In this document: piece by piece, positions 37,842 to 51,413 of the stretch
Numbering within the stretch: the first letter of the stretch is position 1
How the letters are laid out: each line of letters starts with the position of its first letter
Assembly: GCA_964016885.1 (NCBI GenBank)
Contig: OZ024742.1
Location: forward strand, 57,908,001 to 57,972,000
Origin: Eledone cirrhosa
Taxonomy: Eukaryota
DNA length: 64,000 nt
Direction of reading: 5' to 3'
Notes under the pieces: model-generated
Told to the model about the DNA's origin: nothing
Databases searched by the model: none
What the model saw: only the letters and a program-made list of their open reading frames with translations
Position numbers and translations under genes: made by a program

Positions 37842-40800
37842 CTGAAAAATAGTAAAATAAAAAATGCATACATATACTGTTAAAAAAAGTGGAAATTGCA
37901 GCTGCACAAATTTACCTACACCTAAATATGACAAAAACTGAGTTCATCTCTCTTTATCAGCCTTCAATAGACATCCTTACCTTAAAAGGGCATAAGCTAA
38001 AAAAGGTGAAAGATTTCAAATCTCTTGGAGCCTGGATAACAAATTTCTTCAAGGATATTAATGTTAGTGTAGCTCAAGCTTGGTCGGCATCTAACAAAAT
38101 GACAACAATATGGAAATCAAATCTAAATCGAGATCTAAAGCTCAGATTCTTCAGAGCAACAATAGAGGGTGTGTCGATGTTGAACGCAATACATCATGGA
38201 GGGAACATAAAACCAATGCTGAACCTTATGGCAATATGCCACCAATAACAACTATATAGTGCTAAAGAAGACTAATTTTTGCAGTCTGTCACTCTAGGCT
38301 GGTACTTTATTTTATCAGCAGCTAAGGGATGAAAGAACACCTTTAGTAAGGTCCACACTGTGGCAAACATTTGAGCCAGGTTTCTGGTTTGTGGATACCT
38401 TCCTTCCTCTCTCCTACCTGTCTCAGAGCTCCTGAAAAAGGTTATGGGTCACTCCCTTCCCTCCTTGGAATTGTATATCCAATTTAGAAGAGGTATACTG
38501 CATCCCTGCATATTACAAGGATCAACTAAAAGATTTTATGTCAGGAAGGGCATCTGGCTGTAAAAAATTACCTCAAAAAGTCCTGTACAACCCATGCCAA
38601 CATGGAAAAGTGGATGTAATAATGATAATGATGATGCTAGAATGTGATGCTATGTCAGAGAATCATAGTTGTGAATTGTCAGTAACACATTGTTAGGACT
38701 TATTGAAATATTTCAGATAATGCCTGTTGGAACACACATGACACACTCAGCTGTAATAAGTAATTGGTATACTTACAGTCCAACCTTCTCCAACAAATAA
38801 CTGACAATGTTTCCCAGATGGTGTCTCCAGAAACTGTTTAGTACGGACATCCAGGAATATCACAACACTCAGTCCTGTTCCAAGAGTGATGACATCATGA
38901 CGAACACTGATTGACCGAATACCTTGAGAGAGCAAACAGGATATAAAACAGTTAGTTAACAGGAGAAACAAAAAGAAAAAGAGCTAACTGTGAGATCAAA
39001 CTAAGGAGTCTATGTTTTAATTGGTCATTCAATTACTGTTACTTTTTATTGGCTGATAGAAGAAAGGAGATGATCTTGATATCAGACCAAGGAAACAATA
39101 TTTCCATTGGTCACTTCATTGCTGATAATATGTCAGTCACAACTCCTGGTAGAAGGAGCAGATCATTAGATTGGACCAAGGAAACAATGTTTCCATTTGT
39201 CTTTCCATTACAGATATTATTTGCAAGTCACATGGCTTAGTGGTTAGAGCATTGGCTTTGCAATCGAAAGGTTGTAAGTTCAATTCTCAGACCGGGTGAT
39301 GTGTTGTTTCCTTGAGCAAGACACTTTATTTCACATTGCTCCAGTTTACTCAGCTGTAGAAATGAGATGGTCGCTATCATTCCACTGCAAAGTGGTCGTG
39401 GAGGTGCCACAGCAAAAAAGCACCCAGCACTCACTGTAAATGAGGTTGGTGTTACGAAGGGCATCCAGCTGTAGAAATCAAGCCAGAATCAGTTCCCGTC
39501 CCATCCTTGCAAGCCGGGAAAAGCAGACGTAAAATGATGATGATGAACTGCTGGCAGAAAGGAGGTGTGACAAGAACTCAGGACACACAGAACTGGATTA
39601 GATATTGCAAAATGTCCTGTCCAATCCATGCAAGAGTGGAAGAGCATACATAAAAATGATGATGATGATAGATATTAAGAAAATTAATTCACATGCACAC
39701 ACATACACATCACCATCATTTAACGTCAATTTCCCTGCTTGCATGGGGTCACCACAGACCAAGTAAATATGAAAGCAGAGCTACTGACCTGTCAGATGGG
39801 CCAGCGCCCTGCATCTCACTTACAGAAATGTTCCCATACTCTACCAAGTACATTTTATGATGGCACCAGCACCAGGGAGGTTATGTCTTTGACACAGATA
39901 AAGAATCATCTTGACCCTTTCTTTGGAAGATTTTCTAGAGCTGGATGCCCTTCGTATCACCAACTAATTTACAAGTGTACTGGGTGCATTTATCATGTAA
40001 ATCACCTGCACTGGGGGAAGGGTCACATCTTTGAAACAACAGAATTGTCCTCCTGACCCTTTGAAAATAGTAAATGAACTAGAAAGATATCTGGTTATAG
40101 AAAACCCGCCTCAAAAAGTTTCATTCAGTCCATATAAGTATGGAAACAGCAGATGCAAAAACCATGATGATAATAATGGTGATGATGATGTTCAAAATAC
40201 CCGATTAATTAATATACTTGAAAAGAGAGGAACACACAGGATGATGTAGCCACAGTTATACAATAATCAAGAGGGAAACTGAATAGTCATGGACAGAATG
40301 TCATCGATCACATATCTGTTCAGTTAGGGAAAACCTGGGGTTAAACACAACCCCAACAACAACAACCACCAATTTATGATAAAGTTAGTTATTTTACTAA
40401 ATCACCTCCAAATTATTATTATTTTCAAACTTATTAGAAACACACAGACAGTGCATTGGTACTAGACAGTCCAAGGTAAGAGGATTAGCAGAATTATCAC
40501 ACTGCAATGTGGTTAGTAATAGGAAGAGCATCCAGCCATAGAAACCAAGTCAAATGCAGTTGCATATGAGCAAGACATGGTCACCAGACTTGGCTAGCCT
40601 CATAAGATAGCAACCTGCCTAACTCATGCAAGCATAGAAAATAGATGTTAAATGGTAATTATGATGATGATGATGCTTTTCAATATTTATTCTGGCTGTC
40701 CCACTCTGGCTTAACTTGGGAGGTAGACTTAATTGGTCTAGTTTAACACCACCATCCAGCCCCTAGGTGTACTTAGTGGAGTCCACTTTGTTGCAAGTAT

Positions 40801-43800
40801 TGGGGAGGGCCAGTTTTCTCAGTTTGAGGTTACTTCCTCCCTCTCTACAACCAGTCTCAGAGGGCTGGAAAAGATGTACTTTTTTTCCTATCAGTTAAAA
40901 ACAAAAAAGAAACAGGTGTTACTGACAAATAACCCAAAATAAATTTGATAGAGCCAGAGGCTTAATTAACTGACTGAATACATTATAGACTAAGCATAAT
41001 GCAGTTTCCCAAACAAAAGTTCATTATATAGGTCAATGTCTTCACACACACGATGTTACAGACCGTTTCACACACACACACACACACGTGATGTTGTAGA
41101 CGCTGTTTCACACACACGTGATGTTGCAGACTGTTTCACACATATACACACATACAATGTTACAGATACTGTTTGACATACATGACGTTACAGACCGTTT
41201 CACACACAAACACATCCTCAACAAGTGAGGGGGGATGACATTTGGGAGTAAGAGTTATTGAGCTAACCATATTAAGTGTGTTAGCACTTTACTATTCAGC
41301 TCAAAGGTCATTATTTGTATGACATAGAATGGATTAACAAAAATATATTAACCCTTTCATTACCATATTTAGAAATGAAAATTATGGCCTATGTTTTTCA
41401 AATAATTTTGAAAATAACCAACAATTTGGAGGGATTTAGTAAGATAACTAACCCTCTCCTCCTTCTTCACCTACATATTCCTGATGGGTCTGTAAGAAGC
41501 AACCGTCTCCAACTGATCAGGCTGGATCCCCAAGCAAGACCAGCCAAGCTCATGGATGTTATACAACCATCTTGCTAAGATTCTACCCCTGGGTCTCCTG
41601 CCAGTTGGTTTTGCCTGTAAAATCTGTCCAGCGATTCTTTCCTGAGACATTCTAACCATATGCCCACAGTATCAGAATTGTGATCTCTCAATTTGGAGAA
41701 GTAGCGGCTAACTGGAGTGACTCTCTGATCTCTTGGCTATGCTCTCTATTGAGTAACGTCACTCCAAAGATCCTTTAGAGAAAACTCATTTCAGCCGCTT
41801 GTATTCACGATTATATTATTTCGGTCATTACCCAAGATTCATGACCATAAGCAAGGGTTGGCACGAATACTGAATTGGAGATAGCGAGTTTGGTTTTAAT
41901 GCTACCTCCTTTCTTCTGATTACTGAATTCAGAAGCTGGTGCATTACTGCACCAGATCCTGGAATTCTAACACTTAATTCAGCCTTCTGCTTTCCATCAC
42001 TCACTATCACAACCCTGAGATACTTGAACTTCTCTACCTGTTTCAGTGGAACTCCATTCACATCGAGAGGACGAGTGTCTCAGTTTTTGCAGCACTGATT
42101 TTCATTCCAACCATGTAGCACACAGCATCAAACCTATCGAGTGCAAGTTGGAGATCACCTTCTGTCGAGTTAAGTAACAACATGTCATCTGAAAATTCCA
42201 GTTGACTGATTTTACACCCACCAGTCATTATATCACTTCCAACCCGGCTGCACATGTCAATCCTGTTCATGTAGATAATGAACAGGAGAGGTGTCAGTAT
42301 GCACCCTTGGCAGAGTCTGACTCCCACATAGAATGGTTTTGATTTAGCACCATTTATCTGAACACAAATACTTGGTGTTTTGAGGGTGGTGGATTGTCAG
42401 TATTGGTATAACAATGGACAACATGCTTTGGGCATATAGTTACAGTCCTTTATGTTCAGAGTTCAAATCTCGCTGAGATAAGGTTTGCCTTTCATCTTTA
42501 TGGGATCAATAAAATATAATACCAATAATGCAATGGGGAAAATTTACTTGGCACCCCCTTCCCTTCAAATTGCTAGCCTTGTACCAAAAGTAGAAACAAT
42601 TATTAAGCTGGTATTTGGAAGATAAAAGTTATGACAGGAGGTATTTAGATAAACATTAACACCTTACAATACAGTTTTGTATCATAAAGCCAAGGGCAAT
42701 TTCAGGCAGTTTTGGAGGCATTTTTTTTTTAAAATATACACAGAAAAAACAAAACAAGAAAAAGCAAATCAACACTTGTGATCAAACAGCATAACTGAGC
42801 TATGACTTACAGACAAGGTGATGAGGAACAGCAAATGATATCCACTGCATCTCTTATTCCACTTTATGGGGTTCTTTGTTCAAGCATGATGCCATCATCC
42901 TTGTTTTACAGAGGTCTCAGAATAGCTTGGGTCATTTTTCCTTTTTCTCATTAAAGTAGGCTCTTTATACAAGATCTCTGTCAGTCATTATAGTAGTGAC
43001 TTAAGTTTTATGGTACCTACACCATATCCATCAAAATTTGACTATTTATTTGAGTCATCAACATCCTCCTGATTTTGTGTCTTCTTTCCAAGTTGACATG
43101 GGATTGATGGGTTGTTATAGTCAGAGTAAGTTCTTATTCAGAATTACTTCCCTCCTAAACAGGTCAGGGGACCATGTCTTGCTCAAATGTTCTACAGCTG
43201 GATGCCCTTCCTAACTAATCACTTTACAGAGTGTACTGAGTACATTTTATTGTGACTCCAGCACTAGAGGCTATCATGTCCTCGACAAGACGAAAAAGTC
43301 CTCTCTGTAGAATGAATTATGTGAACATAAGCTTTATTATAAAAAACCATCCTTTTCAACTTTCTGTTTCCCCATCTCTTTTCTTGACTTGTACACTTTT
43401 TCTTCTCTCTTGCTACCAGTCTTGAAGCTTATCTTTCCTTTCCCCATCTCACAGCCTTTCTCCCATTTTCATTCATACATATTTTAATTCTATTTCTGTG
43501 TAACTCCCTCCATTTTTTGCCTGCCACTCTGCTCACTGACCCTCACATTCATACAACACATCAGAACCAACAAACAAAAAAGCGATACGAGTCAACTTAA
43601 GGGGAAATTAACATTCCACAGCAATTGTCGTGGAATGCAGTCATATGTCTTTGCAAGGTCTACAAAGTAAGCATACACTCCTTGGCAGTACTCCCATTAT
43701 TTCTCAAAGACCTGCTGCAGTGTGAATATTTGGTTGGCTGTGCTGTATCCAGGGTGAAAACCACACTGTTCAACAGATAGTTTGGACTCAACAATCTCTA

Positions 43801-46800
43801 TATCTCTTAGCCAGACACTTAGCATAGACTTTACTTTGGGGCTTAACAAGGAGATTCCTCTATAATTAGAGTAATATCTCTTGTCTCCCTTTTTGAAGAT
43901 TGTGATTATTACCCCCAATTGCCATTGTTTAGGTGGCTTTCCAGGGATCTAGGCCACCTGGCACACACGAATCAGCCAGAGAATACCTTCGTTATTTAAG
44001 GCTTTTAATATCTCAGGCCGAATTTCATCCTAATTAGTAGCCTTGCCACATTTGAGCTCTTTAATTGCTCTTGTGACCTCAGCCTCTGAGAGATTAGTCA
44101 TCACTCCCAGATGCACCTTGTGTACATCAGAAGATGCTGTTGTGATCAGGTTTAGGAGATCAGCAAAGTATTCTCTCCACCTCTCTGAAAAGAGGAGAAC
44201 CCCAGACACATTCTTGATAGCATGTGTGGAGGACGGCTTCTTATTATGAAGTTGGCGAATGGTCTGCCAGAACACTTTATTTGCTGATCTGAAGTCAGAT
44301 TCCTGCTTAACCCCTAAGTCCTTCCATGTCTTAACGTTTGACACCTTCACTGTCTCTGCTGTGACTTCTTGTACTTGCTTGTACCGCAAGTACAAGGAGG
44401 ACTTATTTCCAAGCCAAGCCAAGCTTTATATGCCCCCTCCTTTGCTTGGATGGCCTTTTTGACCTCTTGATTGAACCAAGGGGTTCTCCTGTCACCTGTT
44501 GCCACACCAAGCCACTTTCACCTGTAGCATTTAACAGCTGAAGCAGAAACTGCCAATTTAAACAGTCTCCACTGCATTTCAACATCCTCAGTTTGCTGAG
44601 GGATTTCTCTGAATTTGGATGCAATAGTATCTGTGTACCTGGTCCTGACCTCCTTATCCACCAATGCTTCCTCCTTTATCCTGCAGGTTGACCTGGACCT
44701 GCCAGTTTTGTGGGCTTCCTTAGCTTTGGGTAGTCTCATGTTGCAAATAACTAGATGGTGATCAGTTGACATCTTAGCGATCAGAGACAATTACAAAATC
44801 TCTGATTCCCCTTTTATTATGTATATTTATGGATGTTTTTGTGCTGGAAGGTGTTAGAGAGCCCATTACTACAACAGAAGTCTTATAAGGTGTCTCCATT
44901 CATATTTAGATTGGGATCACTATTCCATCCAATCACTTCTTTCCATGTCAGGTGGTCAGTGCCAACATATGCATTGAAGTCTCTCATTAGGATATATGAC
45001 TCAGTTTTAACTACTTTGAATGATGCAGTGACTTCATCAAGCAGGAGGCTGAATTAAGTGCAAACATTGCAGGAGGTGGTGCAGTAATGCGCCAACTTCA
45101 GCATTCAATAATCTTCAATTTGGTGTTCATGCCAACCTTGTCAATTGCAGATGGTTGCTTCTGACAGAACTTGCTGGAAGGAGTGTTTGAGGACTTTGCC
45201 CCTACGACTCTCCCAGGAATAAGTGGGCATAGAAGAAAAGATAAATGTTGCCCTTCAATATTGCTATCCTCAAAAATTTTTAAACTATTTCCCAAGATGT
45301 TGACATAATGATATCAGAATTGAGAGGGATATTACACAAGTGGATTTTTAGACATATAGACACAGTTATCTTCATCACTGTTTTTACACTCAATTTTTCA
45401 TTCTTGCAGGAGTTGGAAAAAGTGTCTAAGGTATTTTTCTATGGCTGGATGCTCTTGCTAAAGAAACCATACTTCTGTTTATATAGTTTGGTAAGTGCTG
45501 ATTACCTCCTTTAAACCATAAGCTGTGAAACATTGTTTTAAGCAAGACATAAATAAACATCACTGCTTGCTTTAAACAGTATTGTGTGCACAAATGAGTT
45601 GAAGGAAAAATTGGGTTTAAGAGGAATCAGATAGAAGACTGCACTGCTATGAACACGTAATGTGCATGAATGATTTGTTGGATGAAGTGAGTTTCAAGTG
45701 GAAGGAAGATGCAGTAGAAGAAGTCCAAGGAAAACAGGAAAACATGAACACACAACAAAAGGAGGTACATTGTGTTGGAGAAAACTCATGGAAGCATTGA
45801 AAAACTAATATGATGATGATGATGATGATGAGGGGGGGGGGGGATAATTACAGTTGTGTATATTTTTTAAATTGTAGCAACATTTATAAAATAACTAATT
45901 GAAGAACAAACAGAAGTACAACAACAGGGCAGCATGATGAGCATTCCTGAATTAAAAAGTGTATTAGAGGAATGACTATTATTTATACATTGCATGTTAG
46001 TGTTGCAATAACAATAATATATACACAATACAATAATGGCATTTAATTTAGACACAATCTCAGCATTTTTTAGGGAAGAGCAAAGTTGATTATATCGTTT
46101 TCAATACATTACTGGTATTTATTTTATTGACCCTGAAATAATTAAACAATTTGAAGTCGGGAATTAAATTTGAAATAACCCAAATTTGTTTATTAACCCG
46201 ACAACCACCTGATCACCTATAGATCAGGGGAGCACTCTAGTCAGTTAGATTTTATCCTCATCAGAGGACGTGACAGATGGACGGTCGTAAACACAAAAGC
46301 CTTCCCTAGTGAGGAATGTACATCCCAACATAGCTTAGTTGTCAGCGACCTCACGGTCAGAACTAGACGAGCCCTGAAACAGAGGCCAACCTGGAGAAGA
46401 AAGATCTGGAAGCTGAAAGTCCCCTCAACCAGTAACAGATTTAAAGATATTTTACTCAACGCCTACGACAGTAAAGAAGAACAGATAGAGACATTTAACG
46501 TAGAAGAGAACTGGGAGTTCCTAAAAAATAACTTACTAGAGGCGACGGATGAGGTTTGTGGCTGGAGTAAGACCTCAAGCAGGAGGAGAGTGACTTGGTG
46601 GTGGAACAATAAGGTAGATGAAGCAGTCAAGGCCAAGAGACAGGCATGGAAAGAATGGAAGAACGGGGGGAGCAGGGTACATTACATAGAGACCAAGAGG
46701 GAAGCTAGGCGACAAGTATACTTAGCTAGGAGGGAAGCAGAGGATAGAAAATTCAAGCATGTTTTACAACGTGAGGACCAGAAACAGGAGGTATTCAAGA

Positions 46801-49800
46801 TTGCGAGGCAGTGTGTCAGAGATAGTTGTGATGTCATTGGAGAGAAGTGTATCCGGAATGATAAAGGTGAGCTTGCCCTCACAAGTGCTGAGAAGAAAGA
46901 TGCATGGAAGAGTCATTATGATAGATTACTAAATGAGGAGAATGCATGGGAAGAAGAGACCCTACCCCACGTAGACCCTATAGAGGGACCAGCAGTACAA
47001 GTCAGCGGCAGCGTAGTAAGTAAGGCAATCAGAGATATGAAGATAGGGAAGGCAACCGGTCCATCGGGTATAGCTGCCGAGATGCTGAAGGCATCTGGGT
47101 CTGTAGGTCACACTATAACCACACGTATCGTTAACCAGGTAATACTAGAGGGGGCCATACCAAAAGATTGGTGCAGTAGCATCATTGTCAACTGCTACAA
47201 AGGTAAAGGCGATGCACTAGATAGAGGAAACTATAGAGGTATAAAGTTGATGGACCAGGTCATGAAAGTAACAGAAAGAGTTATAGCACAGCTGATTAGG
47301 GACCGGGTGAATATAGACGAGATGCAATTTGGGTTTGTTCCAGGGAAAGGCACCACTGATGCGCTCTTCCTTGTGAGGCAATTACAGGAAAAGTACCTAG
47401 CTAAAAGTAAGCCACTCTACTTGGCATTTGTCGACCTTGAGAAAGCCTTTGACAGAGTTCCACGTGCAGTAATCTGGTGGGCTCTTAGAAAACTAGGAGT
47501 AGATGAATGGCTTGTGAAAGCGGTACAAGCCATGTATAGGGGAGCAGTCAGCAAAGTTAGGATTGGCAATGAGTATAGCGAGGAATTTAGCGTACAGGTT
47601 GGGGTCCACCAGGGCTCTGTTCTTAGCCCTCTCCTGTTCATCATAGTCCTGCAGGCAATAACGGAGGAGTTTAAGACCGGATGCCCATGGGAACTCCTGT
47701 ATGCTGATGACCTCGCACTCATAGCTGAATCTATGGTAGAACTAGAGAATAAATTCCAAACCTGGAAGCAGGGACTAGAGAGAAAGGGCCTCAAAGTCAA
47801 CATGACAAAGACTAAGGTCCTTATAAGTAGACGAGAAAACAGAACCCAGATCCCCTCAGGGAAATGGCCTTGCTCAGTATGTAGGAAAGGTGTAGGTAGG
47901 AACTCCATTCTTTGCCCCAAATGCAAACAATGGGTACACAAGAGATGTAGCGGGATCTCAGGAAGCTTAATTAAGAATGTAGGATTCACATGCAGCAGCT
48001 GTGCTGAAACAGCAAGCAAACAGCCACAGGAAACAAGTACCACCAATCTCTGGGAGGGCCCTGTAGAAACAGTAGACAGCTTCTGCTACCTAGGTGACCG
48101 AATTAGCAACGGAGGTGGGTGCTCAGAAAGTACAATAACTAGGGTAAGAACGGGATGGAAGAAGTTTAGGGAACTACTACCACTGCTAGCTGCAAAAGGC
48201 TTCTCCCTCAGAATGAAAGGCAGACTGTATGATGCGTGTATCCGAACAGCGATGTTGCATGGTAGTGAGACCTGGGCGCTGAAGGTGGAAGACCTACGTA
48301 GATTAGAGAGAAACGAAGCCTGCATGCTCCGATGGATGTGTAACAGTAATATACGTGAACGACAAAGCATAAATGAATTGAGAGAGAGACTGAGCATAAG
48401 AGGAATCAAATGCTGCGTGCAGGAGAGGCGGTTACGCTGGTATGGACATGTGATGCGTATGAAGGATGACAGCTGCATAAAAAGGTGCAGAGCACTAGAA
48501 GTTGATGGAAACCGCGGAGTGGGGAGACCCAAGATGACTTGGGATGAGGTGATAAAAGCCGACCTTACCCAACTACACCTCTCAAAGTCAATGACACACG
48601 ACCGTGACTTCTGGCGTCACGCAGTAATACAGGGTACCCGACCTCCCATGGGTACATGCTGAAGCATATAAACAATATGCCCCCCCCCCCCCACCGCAAG
48701 GTGGTCGTGGAGGTGCCACGGCAAAAAAGCACCCAGCCCACACTGTAAAGTGGACGTGTAGGCGCCACGAAAAAGCACCCAGCACTCACTGTAAATGAGG
48801 TTGGTGTTAGGAAGGGCATCCAGCTGTAGAAATCAAGCCAGATCAGTTCCTGTATGAGCAAGGCATGGTCAGCCGACCAGACACTGCCCACAACAGGACA
48901 ACCCGTCTAACCCATGCTAGCGTGGAAGAACGGACGTAAAACGGTGATGATGATGATGATGATGATACCAAACCACCTGAAACTGTCTCTGAATATACAA
49001 TACAAAATTATTTATTTTTAAGTGTTTATATTTAGCTAAAAATCTTCTAACATTATTTTATGTTACAACATAGATTATTAAGTCTAAAATGGTTGAAAGA
49101 AAATAATTTTGTATTTTAAGCCTTTCATTACTATATTTCCAATGAAAGACATTGCTTGTGGATTTCAAATAATCTAGAATTTGGAGTTATTTAATAACAC
49201 CACAAACTGTCTATTATTAAACACTATTTCAAACAATAATGTTGTAACATAAAATAATGTTAGAAGGTTTTTAGCTAAATATAAACACTTAAAAATAAAC
49301 AATTGATTGGTGTCACATTGACTGACTTTATTTGATCCTAGTACCAGTTTCTGGTCATCATTAGTTGTTTAGAAGTGAAACAATATTGTTTTATGCTATT
49401 ATTTTTATTTGAACCTAAAATAATATTAAAAACAGTATTTCAGAAATTTACTCTTTGTTGGTTGATATAGGTCATTAACTCAAATTACTGAATAAAACAG
49501 TGGGGTGTAAATTTATTTCAGAAAAGTTGCCACATGATGAAAAAGATTGTGAAGCTCTTTATTAAATATTTCTAATTGATTATTCTTTCCAACTCACACA
49601 AAACAAAGACTCTACAAAAGAAATTGAGAAAAAAGCTAAACTCAACACCAATGATGGAAATGTGTTTTGGAAACTAGGAGTAAATTAAGATCCATGTAGC
49701 TGATATTGAGAAGAGTAGAGTGTCCTCTCACCACCATTCCAATCATTGCTAAACACAATAAAAAGGTAACATGAACCCTTTCATTGCCATATTTCTACTA

Positions 49801-51334
49801 AAAGACACCTCAGGTGGTTTTCAACTAATTTTGCAAATAATCAAAATTTGGAGAGATTTAGCAATGCAACAATCATTCTCATTATTTATCTGGTATTTGG
49901 AACATAAATTTAATATGGACGGTTTTTACATAAATATAAATACTTTAAAATAAACAGCTTTGTATTAGAAAACCAATGGCAGTTTTAAGTGGTTTAGTAA
50001 AAAATGTTTGTTTGATTTTTTTATCTCCCAGTAAAGAAAATATTTCTTACCAGAACTTCCTTCTTTAGACTTTATACTTGTAATTTGCTGTGGCGTTCTT
50101 GTGTCAATAAAGGTGACATGAGCTTGCGATCCAACTGCATACATTTGCCTTTCATTGCAGTATGTCATGCAGACTGGCTCTCGGAAATGGGGTAAAGATA
50201 GCTGTAATACCTAGCAAATATATGTTTAGGGAGAAAACATAGCTAGTATATAGGTAATTAAACAGCTGACATAGAGTCAGGAGAATACTATAGTAAGCAA
50301 ACAAAAATTGGCCAGAATTTATAATGACAAACACCTACCTGACTTGTTTTTGCAGACAGATCACACTCAGGCTGCAGATTGTGCACACACTGCGTTTCCC
50401 GGGGACGGCCTCAATCTTTCTTCAAGTTGATTTATCAGACATTCAGCTGCAGACTGCCAAGCAGCACTGGCTGCTCATATCCTGACTGATTAGACACCAG
50501 TTCTTTCGAGGAGATCTTTGAAAACGGCGCTCCACACCAGTCAGTCCTGGCCAGGAACGGACAGACGGACGGACTTCCACCTGATAGTGTGGATGGGGGT
50601 AAATATAAACCTTTTTGCTTTCTCAGAGCTTCAAGGTCTGCATTATCAGACTTTCAAAACTCTGGAAATTTCAGAAGTAATGAAGTAGCTACCATAACAC
50701 TTGGACAAATTAACAACGTTATGGTGTTAATGATGATGCAGTTTGAAGAGAAAAAAAAAAGTAACAGGGTAGAAAAAAAATAGAAACAAAAAATACATCA
50801 AAACATTATTTTTGATATAACTACTAAGTTTAAAAATTAAGTATCGAAGAACAAACAGTCCCCTAATAGCTAGTGTTTCATCTAAAATAGAGAAAGGCAC
50901 AAGATACAGCTCTCCTTCTGAGGTTATTGTCAATGGTAACCTACTGGTGTGGAGGAGGAACTAGGATGATTAGAGTGGCTATTTGCACTCCAAATAAAGA
51001 GTTGCAGTGACATTACCTGTTTGGTTCTGTTCATATCCCACGTTTGGAAATATTCATTGAGCGAACTCAACGCAAGTTCCTGTAAAGAAAAAACAATCAA
51101 ATGGTCAGGACTAGAATAGTTGAGTTGAGTAAGCTTTTTCTTTTGCAGTATGCTCACACAAACAGTCATACAGAAATATAGAGAGGGCAGACAGGGATAT
51201 AGAGAAATATAAATACATAGAGATGACAGACAGAAGCATTGAGAAACAGGTAGAGACATACAGTGACACCAGGCAGGTAGAGAAAGAAACACACACACAT
51301 GTATGTAGAGAGAGAGAGAGAGAGAGAGAGAAAA

Positions 51335-51413
<79 letters not shown>

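Noticed and set aside
47417-48532. Antisense ORFs over the RTE RT (also 23814-24629)
   Set aside because: Shadow frames of the RT coding sequence.
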